A stretch of 64,000 nucleotides of DNA, from assembly GCA_963850305.1 (NCBI GenBank), contig CAWKKR010000008.1, positions 1,472,001-1,536,000 of the forward strand, written 5' to 3'. The DNA comes from an uncultured delta proteobacterium. GTDB taxonomy: Bacteria; Myxococcota_A; Polyangia; Polyangiales; Polyangiaceae. Below, piece by piece: positions 52,701 through 61,898 of this stretch. The notes under the pieces were generated by a model. The model worked only from the letters and a program-made list of their open reading frames with translations. It ran no database searches and was not told the DNA's origin. The first letter of the stretch is position 1; every line of letters starts with the position of its first letter. Both the position numbers and the translations under genes were made by a program.

Positions 52701-54100
52701 GAAGAACGGGCGACCTATCGCTGTCGCTGGGCCGCGCCTATCACGCCGTCCTCGGACGGACGGACGAAGGCTCGCGGCTCTCCGTCAAGGGCGCGCCCGA
52801 GGTGCTTCTCCTTCAATGCACGCGCCGGGCGCGCGACGGCAACGTCGAACCCCTCGACGACGCCGGTCGCATCGCGCTCGTGACCGAATCCGCACGGCTG
52901 GCGGCGAAGGGTCTCCGCGTGCTCGCCGTCGCGGAACGCGCGATGGCCTCGGACGTGCCGCTCGACCCCGAGCACGTCGTCGATCTGACGTTCCGGGGTT
53001 TTCTCGCGTTCCGCGACCCCGTTCGCGCCTCGGCGTCCGAAGCCCTGCGCGGCATGCGGCGCGCGGGTGTCCGCACCGTCATGATCACCGGCGACCATCC
53101 GAGCACCGCGGAAGCGATCGCCGTCGAGCTGGATCTCCTGCAGGGCGGCTCGGTCGTCACTGGCGCGGAGCTCGCGGCGATGAAGGACGCCGAGCTCGAC
53201 GCGCGGGTCCCCGGCATCGCCGTCTTCGCCCGCGTCACGCCGTCGCAGAAGGTGCGCGTCGTCCGGGCGCTCCAGCGCGCGGGCTCGATCGTCGCGATGG
53301 CGGGGGATGGTGCGAACGACGCCGCGGCCATTCGCCTCGCCGATGTCGGCATCGCGATCGGCGAAGCCGCGACGCAAGCCGCGCGCAGCGCCGCCGACAT
53401 CATCGTCACGGACGGTCGCATCGAGACGATCGTCGCGGCGATCGTGGAAGGGCGCGGGATGTGGGCTCGCGTCCGCGACGCGGTGTCGATCTTGGTGGGG
53501 GGCAACCTCGGCGAGATCGGATTCACGCTGATCGCGGGATTGCTCGACGGCAGCCCCGCCCTCCATGCGCGGCAGCTCCTGATCGTGAACCTCCTGACGG
53601 ACATCGCCCCGGCGATGGCCGTCGCGCTGCGGCCTCCCTCGCCGCAAACGTTCGAGTCGCTGGCTCGCGAAGCGCCGGACGTCGCGTTCGGCGCCTCGCT
53701 CGACCGCGACATCGCGGCGCGCGCCATCGTGACCGCTCTCGGCGCGGGCGGCGCGTGGACCGTCGGCCGCATCATCGGATCCCGGGCGAAAGCGCGCACC
53801 ATCGGCCTTGCGGCCCTCGTCGGCACGCAGCTCGGTCAGACGCTCACCTCCGGCGAATTCAGCCGCCCCGTCGTCCTCACGAGCCTGGCTTCCGCGGGTG
53901 CGCTCATGGTCCTCATTCAGACGCCCGGAGTGAGCCACTTCTTCGGCTGTCGCCCCCTCGGCCCCATCGCCTGGACCACCGCGATCGGCGCTTCCGTCGT
54001 CGCGACGGCACTTTCCAGTGTCGTCGAGCGCGTGATGGAGGGTCGAGTGCCCGGCGCGAGTGGGACGCCGGGGTTGGTCAGGGCAGACGCGCCGGCGTGA
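49715..54100 (+). CDS. Giant cation-transporting P-type ATPase (CtpH/CtpI-like)
   Basis: SSLTGES, VPEGL, DKTGT, KGAPE, TGDH, GDGAND; degenerate duplicated N-terminal half; QTPGVSHFFGCRPLGP tail. Confidence 0.9.
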   Translation: MSLTSRFEPVARLLRERTRRSFLTEERAHVEFGGVGDDEFAAFEQSLRAFAAADGRIRRLEINVATRRVLFVFERGACALAELVSAVEEAERAAGVDRARFQGTAEHPADLEPALRRLLGLTADVAALFAGLGLSITPLPALPFAGNAAAVLSLIENVVRLRAALDERIGRERAELVLHFGTAFFSALAQRPMTSLVDAIHELGLLREAQAEREAWLRLEPQLASIGGNGVVGLPRTDARPEKLPRGPIEEYADRAWIVSVAGFAVSFATTRSLQRAIAALYGSLPRPARLGRDMFSAEIARILSSRDVLVVDADALRVLDRIDCLVLEGDIVSARAFGLGTVHVEDGFDEHAVQGAVAGLFDPDHPLVEQARGGYRLAPFRLASASPSTKLEELARGLSRRGALVLVLERGSAVAAIVEVAITARIGLDELVTAAHDAGMRVVVASDDDTILQAVSADDVIGGREGLRAGIRRLQREGRGVCLVATGNSPGLPLADFAIGLRRAGRPTPWGAHVLCPDDLAEVHLLLRACVRAREVSRQSVNIALGAAAFGALVSAGGLLPLTTRRVMFVVNAGTLMSMANGVRGSIAIRRLTLPASRDPTPWHALDAEGVLGRLVSSKQGLTRVDALERRAPAFDAPSQLRELAEAITDELFSPLAPLLAAGAGLSAAVGSIADAAMVGGVVGVNALFGGVQRFATERKLRALSRADRRRALVRRDAQFVGVDAAELVRGDVVHVSTGDVVPADCRILDATGVEVDASSLTGESLPVKKFATPSFESQPADRSSMLYEGTTLVSGQATAVVVAVGRHTEARRGATFGRARQTGGVERRLGDLMSLTGPVALGAGVGVVAAGLLRGRKLEDLVGSAVSLAVASVPEGLPLLATAVELAAAERLSGRGALVRNPRAIEALGRVDVVCLDKTGTVTEGTLALALVSDGQHGAPPDLLGASQRSVVAAALRSTFRESSSGRGDPTDAALAQGAEIALVDATHECVSWRRTGDLSLSLGRAYHAVLGRTDEGSRLSVKGAPEVLLLQCTRRARDGNVEPLDDAGRIALVTESARLAAKGLRVLAVAERAMASDVPLDPEHVVDLTFRGFLAFRDPVRASASEALRGMRRAGVRTVMITGDHPSTAEAIAVELDLLQGGSVVTGAELAAMKDAELDARVPGIAVFARVTPSQKVRVVRALQRAGSIVAMAGDGANDAAAIRLADVGIAIGEAATQAARSAADIIVTDGRIETIVAAIVEGRGMWARVRDAVSILVGGNLGEIGFTLIAGLLDGSPALHARQLLIVNLLTDIAPAMAVALRPPSPQTFESLAREAPDVAFGASLDRDIAARAIVTALGAGGAWTVGRIIGSRAKARTIGLAALVGTQLGQTLTSGEFSRPVVLTSLASAGALMVLIQTPGVSHFFGCRPLGPIAWTTAIGASVVATALSSVVERVMEGRVPGASGTPGLVRADAPA

Positions 54101-54167
54101 GGCGGCGCGGCCCTCGACCGGCGTGCCGGCGTGGCTTCGTCCGCTCGCGTGAGCTAACGTCCGTGAC

Positions 54168-54746
54168 GTGGCGCAGCCTCGGTTGCTACAGGAACCCCTG
54201 GACGTATATCGGCGCCTCCTCGACGAAGAGGTTCGCGTCGAGCTCATCGGCGGCGAGGTCGTCGTTCACACGGCACCTGGGATGCTTCACGGCTTCGGTC
54301 TCGCGGGGCTGAGTTCGGATTTGTATCAGAGCTATCAGCGTGGGCGAGGGGGACCCGGCGGCTGGTGGATTCTCAACGAGGTGGACGTGCTGCTGGCGCC
54401 GGGAATGCAGGCGTACCGTCCGGATATAGCCGGATGGAGAGCCGCCCGCATGGAACGTGTTCCCGTGGAGCGTCCGGTGGCAATCGTGCCGGACTTCGTC
54501 TGCGAAGTACTCTCCCCCTCGAACGCGCACTGGGAGCGGGGGCCGAAGAAGACCGGTTACGAGCGAGCGGGCGTGAGCTGGTACTGGCTGTTGGATCCCG
54601 CCGCCCGGAGCCTCGAAGCTTACGAGCGTGTCGAAGGTTCGTATCGACCCGCGGGCGGCATCGACGCGAACGGCACGGGACGCATTTGCCCGTTCGAAGG
54701 GGTCCTCCTCGACATGCGACAGCTATTTCCGATCGACGGACCGTGA
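54168..54746 (+). CDS. Uma2/DUF820 family endonuclease
   Basis: ELIGGE, GGPGGWWIL.E, PDIAGW, PDFVCEVLSPS, YWLLDP. Confidence 0.9.
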   Translation: MAQPRLLQEPLDVYRRLLDEEVRVELIGGEVVVHTAPGMLHGFGLAGLSSDLYQSYQRGRGGPGGWWILNEVDVLLAPGMQAYRPDIAGWRAARMERVPVERPVAIVPDFVCEVLSPSNAHWERGPKKTGYERAGVSWYWLLDPAARSLEAYERVEGSYRPAGGIDANGTGRICPFEGVLLDMRQLFPIDGP

Positions 54747-54832
54747 GCGCTTCCACGCCCGCGGCTCACCGGTGGTCAGTTCGCCGGTGAGCGCGGCACA
54801 GTCCGCGACGAACTGCCCGAGAGGTTGCGGGA

Positions 54833-55421
54833 CTACCGCTCGAGGTACGGCATCTCGACGACGAGCGCCCAGGGCTCGGCGCCGCGGTAGAAGACCGCGG
54901 TCATCGCGCCAGCGCGCCGGCGCCGTGCGTCGACGACGAGCGCCACGACCTGTTCGCCGGCATGCACCGCGTGACCGGACACCTCGTGTGAGCACGTCCC
55001 CGTCGCGGAGTCCCACGCCGAGACTCGAGACGCCCGACAGCTCGATCCCCGCCGGACGCGCGGCGCTCTCGGGAACCGGCCGCCCCGAGGGCACCGCGAA
55101 GGCACGCGAGAGCCTGAGCACCGTGGCGGCACCGATGACCAGCCCATGACGCGGCAGGGTACCGTGCCCTCGCGACCGCCCCCCGCGCGAGGCGAACGCC
55201 GAGAGAGCGCGCTGCTCCCCGGGGACCGCGACGTCCGCGCCCGAAACGGCGTCGGGCGCGAGCGGACCGTCGGGAGCTGGAGCCGGGCACAGTGTCGTGA
55301 GCGCGCTTCCAGCCGTCGCTCCGAGCGACCGCGCCGATGCTTCGACGCGGGCCTCGAGCCCCCACCCGATCGACGGTGGCACGAGGAGCGCGAAAAGGGA
55401 GAGCACTCGGCCGACGGTCAC
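54833..55421 (-). CDS. Hypothetical membrane-anchored PDZ-like protein (frameshift near 54987)
   Basis: GVGLRDGDVLT continues in the shifted frame as EVSGHAV...VEMPYLER*. Confidence 0.55.
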
Positions 55422-55546
55422 GACGCAGCAAGTGTATCACGCCGTAGCCGATAGCCTCGATATTGGTCAGCGATCTTCAGGGAGCACACCTTCAGCGTCT
55501 TGCCCCGGAAGGTCTTGCCCCGGAAGCCGTACTCGCTTTCACCCGT

Positions 55547-56029
55547 CGTGAGCGGCAGTTCACCCGACGTGAGCGGCGCATCGGACGTCGTGAGCGGCGG
55601 TTCACCCCGCGAGCGAAGGGCTTCGTGCGACGTGAGCAGCGTTTCACCCCGCGAGCGAAGCGGTTCGTGCGTCGTGAGCAGCGGCTCACCCCGCGAGTGA
55701 AGGGCTTCGTGCGAAGTGAGCGGCAGTTCACCCGACGTGAGCGGCGCATCGGACGTCGTGAGCGGCGGTTCACCTCGCGAGCGAAGCGGTTAGTGTGATG
55801 TGAGCAATGGTTCACCCCGCGAGCGAAGCGGTTCGTGCGACGTGAGCGACGGTTCACCCGACGTGAGCGGCGCATCGGACGTCGTGAGCGGCGGTTCACC
55901 CCGCGAGCGAAGCGGTTCGTGCGACGTGAGCAATGGTTCACCCCGCGAGCGAAGCGGTTCGTGCGACGTGAGCGACGGTTCACCCCGCGAGCGAAGCGGT
56001 TCGTGCGTCGTGAGCGACGGTTCACTCGA
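55547..56029. repeat. Tandem array of 23 x 21-bp units
   Basis: Units such as CGTGAGCGGCGGTTCACCCCG / CGAGCGAAGCGGTTCGTGCGA / CGTGAGCGGCGCATCGGACGT with no indels. Confidence 0.95.
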
Positions 56030-56121
56030 TTTACCTACGCGCACCCACGGAGAAGCCGGATGAACCGGAAATTCTTACGACCGCAATTCGGCCGCCAGGC
56101 GAATCTCCTTCACTCGAGCAC

Positions 56122-56763
56122 GTGAATCCCGGCACGGTGGCGGGGGCGGCGCACGAGCTAGTCGAGCACCGATTCGAGAAGGCGGGGGTCCGCCTGGAGT
56201 TCACGATCGATCCCCATCTTCCTGACGTCGCGTGCGACCCGCGCCTGCTGGAACAGGTGCTCATCAACCTTCTTCTCAATGCCTGCGACGCCTGCGAGCC
56301 GGGCGGGCTGGTCGAGCTTCTGATACGAGCCGACAGCGAACGAGTTGGATTCGTCGTTACCGACGATGGCGTCGGCATCACTCCGGAAGCCGCCGCTAGA
56401 GCGGCGGAACCCTTTTTTACGACCAAGGCCGGCGGCAAAGCGACCGGCCTCGGGCTCGCGATTGCTACCGAGATCGTCAAGCATCACGGCGGAGACTTGT
56501 CGATCGCCCCTAGGCAATCGAATCCTGGGGACGCGCGCCTACGTCGAGCTGCCGGTGGCAAAGGAAACCGTATGACGACGACCAAAAGGTCGTCCCAACC
56601 AATCGGCTTGGTCCCGGCCGGATCGGAGGCGCTACAGCCGAGGGCGAGCGTCGCAGCGGCAGCGAGTCAAAGGCACTGCGGAAGGTACGAGCAATCGTGC
56701 GCGACGTCGTCCATCGTGCACACCATCCCGGCGTCCCCGCAGTCGAGGTTACTCACGCACTGA
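56122..56763 (+). pseudogene. Histidine kinase HATPase_c fragment
   Basis: LEQVLINLLLNACDA, DDGVGI, FFTTK, TGLGLAI, but no H-box or sensor domain; tail runs into unrelated sequence. Confidence 0.7.
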
Positions 56764-57340
56764 TCGGCAGCCGACTGGCACGCGAACCCCGTCTTCAAAT
56801 CGTGGCAACCTGAAAGGAACGAGTAGCTGAGACACAGCAAACCCGTGCCGCAATCCGCGTCCACGGCGCAACTCGCGGTTACGCACTCATTGCCGTGGCT
56901 TCCGCAGAGACAGAGCTGGCCCGCGCCGCAGTCCGCGTCACGAATGCAACCGGAGTCGCAGTAGCATCCGGCGAAATTGCAGTAGGCATTGGGCGTAGTC
57001 GAGCAGTCTGCGTCCGTGGCGCATTCCCCGGACTCGACGCCCGCGTCGGTGAGACTGAATGGACAGCGCGTTTGAGTCGACTCGACGGGCGCGCAATCGA
57101 CGCGGGAAGTGCGATGGAGACTCCCGCCGCCGCAGGACGCAAACCCTCGCGCACTCGGCGAATCGCCGCGACACCGCGCCGGAGCGGAACCGCCCGTCCC
57201 CGCCGCGCCCCCGTCGCTTCTGACGATGCCGCCCGTGCCGAGGCCACCGCCGCCTGTGCCGCCGGTCCCCGAAGGTCGCCCCACTTTTCCCGAGGCTCCA
57301 CCTTCGCCGCTTGCTCCCTCGCCGCCCTCTGGCGAAGCCA
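56667..57340 (-). pseudogene. Cys-rich myxobacterial protein lacking its N-terminus
   Basis: Gly/Thr linker then repeated C..DADC modules; no signal peptide before the frame runs into the opposite-strand gene. Confidence 0.6.
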
Positions 57341-57354
57341 GGCGCCCGCTGGCG

Positions 57355-58080
57355 ATGACGGGCGTCGACGTCGCTCCCATGACGGTGCTCTTCGGGTTCA
57401 TCGCCTTCGCCGTGTCCTCCTTCGTGTGGAAGCGGAAGCCGTTCGCGCGGCTCGTTCCGGTCGACGTTCTCGTCACCGGCGACGCGCTCGACCTGGGCGG
57501 AACGCGGATCGCACGAAGGTGGATCCGGAGGGTCGAGCTGATCCCCGTGTCGAAGCATCTCCCCGTCGTGCGCGTTTCCCGCGCAGCTCTGCCGGACATC
57601 GACGTCGCGGTAGCCGACGTTTCGCGAGGGCACGATCTGCTGAGAGCCCTCGGCTTCGATCCTTCACAGACGAGCGCGACCTACCACGTCGGCTCCCTCA
57701 TGGCCGTGCGCTACTGGTGGACCGTTCCCCTCTTCATCGTAGGTTTCCTGGTGGCCGCCTTCCACGACTTGTACGTCGTCGGGCTCTGCGCCGCTCCGGT
57801 ACTCTTCCTGCTCTTGCTCTGGCCGACCGCGCTCCGCGTCGGTACGGACCAGGTCTCGATCCACTGGCTCTGGATCCGGGAGCGCATAGAGCCACTGACC
57901 ATTCTCCAGGCCGCCCGGTTCGATGAAGGGGGCGGTCGAAATCGAAGGACCGGTGTGAAGCTCGAGCTCGATGACGGGCGAGTCGTCACGCTGCCCATCT
58001 CCAACGAAGAACTCAGCGCGACGGTGGCGGAGAGAATCCAGAGTGTGAAGGACCTGGCGCGGCGCGCGCAGCAAGGCTGA
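57355..58080 (+). CDS. Hypothetical membrane protein (possibly 5'-truncated)
   Basis: Three hydrophobic segments, GC3-rich codons, PH-like C-terminal region. Confidence 0.6.
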   Translation: MTGVDVAPMTVLFGFIAFAVSSFVWKRKPFARLVPVDVLVTGDALDLGGTRIARRWIRRVELIPVSKHLPVVRVSRAALPDIDVAVADVSRGHDLLRALGFDPSQTSATYHVGSLMAVRYWWTVPLFIVGFLVAAFHDLYVVGLCAAPVLFLLLLWPTALRVGTDQVSIHWLWIRERIEPLTILQAARFDEGGGRNRRTGVKLELDDGRVVTLPISNEELSATVAERIQSVKDLARRAQQG

Positions 58081-58259
58081 CATCTCCCCGCACCTTGCCG
58101 CGCGAGCGGCTCGGGGACTCTCGGGCAGCTTCGTCTCTCCCACGACGCTCCTTGCATCGGCGCCTTCTCGGTCCGTGTTCTCGAGGCACCCGGTTTACGT
58201 CCATCGAGGACCGAATCTGTGATTGAAGAGGAGCCGGACCTGTAACCAGAGCACCCGGT

Positions 58260-58531
58260 CGCTCGGTACGCCTCTTCCCCGCCGTATCTCGCCTCTTCCC
58301 CGCCTGGTGCGGCGTCATACGGCGCGGGGATCGCTCGATCCCCGCCGCGTACGCGTGCTTCCCCGCCCGGTAAGGCACGTTACTCGCCCGGTAAGGGTTC
58401 GTACTCGTCGGGGATCGCTCGATGCCCGCTCAGTAAGGCACCATACGCGCTCGGTAAGGCGCGATACGCGGCGGGGAGCTTCGTTACCGTGACGAGGAAG
58501 GTCGCGTACACGCTCGGGGCGGCATCCGACG
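58260..58531. repeat. Degenerate 21-bp-period array (~13 units)
   Basis: CGCCCGGTAAGGCACGTTACT, CGCCCGGTAAGGGTTCGTACT, CGCTCGGTAAGGCGCGATACG, and CGGGGATCGCTCGAT twice, 84 bp apart. Confidence 0.75.
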
Positions 58532-58607
58532 CGCCGGGTCTTCGCCAGTTCCGACGCAATCCGTCCGGCGCGCGACCGAAGTGAGCTCGTTCGCAAGTGC
58601 ACTGCCG

Positions 58608-59462
58608 ATGCCGTCACTGCTCCACGAAGGGATCATCGCGCTCGTCCGAGAGCGGCCCGAGCTCGCCGCCGAGCTCCTTCGTACGCTCCTCCGCGTTTCA
58701 GTGCCGGCATTCACGGAGGCGCGGCTCGCCGAGGCTTCCTTGAATGACATCGTTCCGACCGAGTACCACGCCGACGCCGTCGTGCTCCTCGTCGAAGACG
58801 AGCCTGTCTTCGGCATCATCCTGGAAGCGCAGCTTCAGATCGACCGCGCCAAGCTTTTCACCTGGCCGGTGTACGCCGCTAGCGCGCGCGCGCGCTACCG
58901 CTGTCCTTTCGTGCTCCTCGTCGTGACCCCGGACGCGGCCACGGCGCGCTGGGCGGCGGACTCCGTAGAGCTCGGTGGTGGCAACCGCTGGGCGCCGTTC
59001 GTCGTCGGCCCCGATGGCGTTCCCGTGATCACGGACGTCGACCACGCGTCCCGCGAGCCCCACCTCGCCGTGCTCTCCGTCATGGCCCACGGCCGAGACG
59101 ACGACGTGAAGACCGCCGTCGCTATCGCCTCCGCCGCTGTCGCCGGTGCCGCAACGCTCCCCGAGCCGCTGCGGATGCTATGCTTCGCCCTCATCGAGTC
59201 CTCTCTCGGCGACGCCGCCAGAAAGTCCTTCGAAATGCTGCCCCAAGCCTATCGTTTCTTCAGCGAAACCCAGCGTCGATTCTTTGCCGAGGGAGAGGCC
59301 AAGGGAGAGGCCAAGGCTCTCCTCCGTGTCCTCGAGCGTCGAGCTCTCGCCATCTCGGACTCGCAGCGCGAACGCATCCTCGCTTGCTCCGACATGGCGA
59401 CACTCGAGAGCTGGCTCGACAAAGCCGTCACCGCCGCGAGCACGGACGAGCTGTTCGTCTGA
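58608..59462 (+). CDS. Rpn/YhgA-like PD-(D/E)XK nuclease-fold protein
   Basis: ADAVVLL..., EAQLQID..K.FTWPVY; C-terminal EGEAKGEAK and RILACSD..LESWLDKAVTA. Confidence 0.65.
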   Translation: MPSLLHEGIIALVRERPELAAELLRTLLRVSVPAFTEARLAEASLNDIVPTEYHADAVVLLVEDEPVFGIILEAQLQIDRAKLFTWPVYAASARARYRCPFVLLVVTPDAATARWAADSVELGGGNRWAPFVVGPDGVPVITDVDHASREPHLAVLSVMAHGRDDDVKTAVAIASAAVAGAATLPEPLRMLCFALIESSLGDAARKSFEMLPQAYRFFSETQRRFFAEGEAKGEAKALLRVLERRALAISDSQRERILACSDMATLESWLDKAVTAASTDELFV

Positions 59463-59568
59463 CGGCGGCAAGCGCGCGGTTTCGCCAGATGGATGCGGAG
59501 TTCGGCGCTCGACGGCCAAAGGCACTCGCGGCGCTCTGATCGATCTCGCGTACGCTCCCACGAAGCCG

Positions 59569-60303
59569 ATGTCCGACGCACCTACGCAGGAAGGTCCCCG
59601 CTTTCTCACTGCGCGCTGGGTGCACCTCGCAATGGCGAACTTCGAGGTCGATCCGGACGTGCTGCGGCCGCTCGTGCCCCGGGGGACGGAGCTCGATTTC
59701 TGGGACGGCAAGTGCTTCGTGAGCGTCGTGGGGTTTCAGTTCCTGGACACGCGCGTGCTCGGCATCCCCGTGCTGCTCCACCGGGATTTCCCGGAGGTGA
59801 ACCTGCGCTTCTACGTGAAGCGCGTGGTGAACGGGGAGGCGCGGCGCGGCGTGGTCTTCGTGAAGGAGATCGTGCCGCGGCATGCGCTCGCGCTCGTGGC
59901 GAACGCGCTCTACAACGAGAAGTACGTCGCGCTCCCGATGGAACACGACGACCGCATGGCGGAGAGCCCGCGGACGATCGAATACCGCTGGCGGCACGAC
60001 GGACAATGGTCGCACCTCTCCGCGACCGTCGATGGCGAGCCGTACCTGGCCGGGGAGCAGTCGGAAGAGGCGTTCATCACGGAGCACTATTACGGCTACA
60101 CCGCGCAGCGGGACGGCGGAACGCTGGAGTACCGGGTCGAGCATCCACGATGGAACGTGTGGAACGCGGTCGATCAGGAGCTGGTCTGCGACGTGGCGGC
60201 GGTCTACGGGCCCGCGTTCGCGCCGTTCCTCGCGGGGCCGCCGAGCTCGTGCTTCGTCGCGGACGGCTCGGAGATCGTGGTGCGCCGAGGTCTCAGACTC
60301 TGA
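59569..60303 (+). CDS. DUF2071 (YqjF) family protein
   Basis: W.HLAMANFEVDP, FPEVNLRFYV, RGVVF, FITEHYYG, VEHPRW. Confidence 0.88.
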   Translation: MSDAPTQEGPRFLTARWVHLAMANFEVDPDVLRPLVPRGTELDFWDGKCFVSVVGFQFLDTRVLGIPVLLHRDFPEVNLRFYVKRVVNGEARRGVVFVKEIVPRHALALVANALYNEKYVALPMEHDDRMAESPRTIEYRWRHDGQWSHLSATVDGEPYLAGEQSEEAFITEHYYGYTAQRDGGTLEYRVEHPRWNVWNAVDQELVCDVAAVYGPAFAPFLAGPPSSCFVADGSEIVVRRGLRL

Positions 60304-60321
60304 GACGTCGCTCGCGCGTTG

Positions 60322-60610
60322 TCAGGGTGCGCTGGCGTCGGGCCTGGTGCTGGCATCGGTGGGGGTGACGGTCTTGCCGCCCGAGAAGGCAGGATTGGGC
60401 TCGAGCGCACAGGCGCCGTTCGAACAACGTGGCAACTCCAGCGCCGGACAGCTGCCGCCGCCGCTGAAGTCACAGCCCGCCGCGAAGAAGTCCGGACGGT
60501 ACAACCGGCTGACTCTTGCTCACTTCCAGCACGCGGATGTCGCTGAACGCCGTGACCTTCGTCGATTCGACCACCGTCTTGATCGTCACGGTCCCGAGGA
60601 TCGAGCCCCC
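60322..60610 (-). pseudogene. 3' fragment of a Cys-containing secreted protein
   Basis: Frame-broken remnant ending GCDFSGGGSCPALELPRCSNGAC...DASTRPDASAP*. Confidence 0.4.
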
Positions 60611-60639
60611 GCCCCAGGGTACCCGGGCTCCGAGCTCCC

Positions 60640-61480
60640 GGCCGACAGCGCGTACGTCGGCAACCATCCACCCGGCGGGGAGAGGTCGAGGCGATCAGGC
60701 CTCCGCGACGCACGGCCGGACATGAGGAAGCGCTCCCCGCGGTAAGCCCAGACGCGAAGATCCGCCCACAGGCTGACACCCTCTTCGGTCTCGAGCCGAA
60801 CCTTCGGTGCGCTCCTCTGGGCGACGTACGACTGACCCTTCTTGAGCATTCGGCCCAGGCGGGTGCGTCCGACCTCCGGCCCCGGCAGCAGTCCGTGGCT
60901 CGCGAACCCGTGACTCGGCTTGAAGAACCATTCGTCCCTCGACCGGACGAGCTCGTCCACGTTCTCCTCGCGAACGACGTGTGTCTCGGGGACGTGCGCG
61001 CCGAGAAGCGCGCGCTCTTCGGGCTGGATGCCGAGGTCGGCGTCGCGGACGGGACGAGATAGCCACTCCAGGAGGCGCTTGTCGCTCCTGGTCGCGTACG
61101 TGAAGGGGTTGGGGGCGACGTAGACGCTTCGTGCCGCATACGCAGTGCGCAACGGAGCGAAGCGCTCCGCCTCCCAGAAGAAGTCCGTCGATCGGCTCAC
61201 GACGAAGCCGACCGGTCCCCCCCGGGACGTGAAAGTCCCAGGCGCTGAAGAAGCACGTCTCGGGACGCCGGACGCGGGCGATTGGGGGGCCCCTCGTCGT
61301 GGCTTCCCGCTGCCACGCTTCACTGCTCGTGACTCGATTGAACACGCGAACGAACGCGTCGATCTCGGAGAGCACCGCGTGCGGGATTTCCTGGTGCACG
61401 GGCGCCACCCCGAATCGTTCGGGCACATCGGTCAGGCCGGCTTCTCGCAGTGCGAGGACTAGGTCGTCGAGAAGGGCCAT
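60640..61480 (-). pseudogene. ATP-grasp (glutathione synthetase/circularly permuted type) ligase-like gene with internal deletion/frameshift
   Basis: N-part ends WDFHVP; C-part in another frame RSTDF...PNPFTYATRSDKR...FFKPSHGFASHG...YVAQ...DLRVWAY...GGW. Confidence 0.6.
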
Positions 61481-61500
61481 CAACGAATTCCCCGCACTGT

Positions 61501-61556
61501 ACCGAAAATCCCCGTCCCTGACGGCCCGGGGCCCGTCAGCGACCGGGATTTTCGGT
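61501..61556. repeat. Long inverted repeat (24-bp arms, 22/24 paired)
   Basis: ACCGAAAATCCCCGTCCCTGACGG / CCGTCAGCGACCGGGATTTTCGGT with an 8-nt loop. Confidence 0.85.
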
Positions 61557-61736
61557 GTTAGAGTCAGAGCTGCGCGCGAAGCCGGGGCACGGTGGGAGCA
61601 GGGTGGAGTTCGGTGCGTGTGCGTTTCCGGTACATTTTGGCATCGCCAACCGGAGCCTCGCTCGACCGGTCACCGATCGAGAGTGCGGTTGCCGCGCGCG
61701 CCTGCTCGCGATCCCCCTTACTGGCAGAGCCGTGTC

Positions 61737-61880
61737 CTACGACGACGACACCACGAACGGTCCGGCCAGATGGGGCTGTTCGAGGAGCATTAGACTAAGG
61801 TCTTGATCGGCCCGCTTCTCTCGGAGAACACCCTTCTCGCAGACGGAGCAGCGGATCTCGTGGGGGGACTTCTTGGCCAT
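61737..61880 (-). pseudogene. Truncated MqsA/YgiT-type zinc-finger antitoxin
   Basis: GGGAG RBS; MAKKSPHEIRCSVCEKGVLREK...*; one CxxC, no HTH; 47 aa, absent from the ORF track. Confidence 0.5.
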
Positions 61881-61898
61881 CGCGTAATCTCCCTGCCG

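Noticed and set aside
55547..56029. Possible CRISPR array
   Set aside because: Contiguous 21-bp units with no unique spacers, and no cas genes in the window
61478..61563. Integron attC site (hairpin followed by GTTAGAG)
   Set aside because: No complementary RYYYAAC box, no extrahelical-base pattern and no integrase
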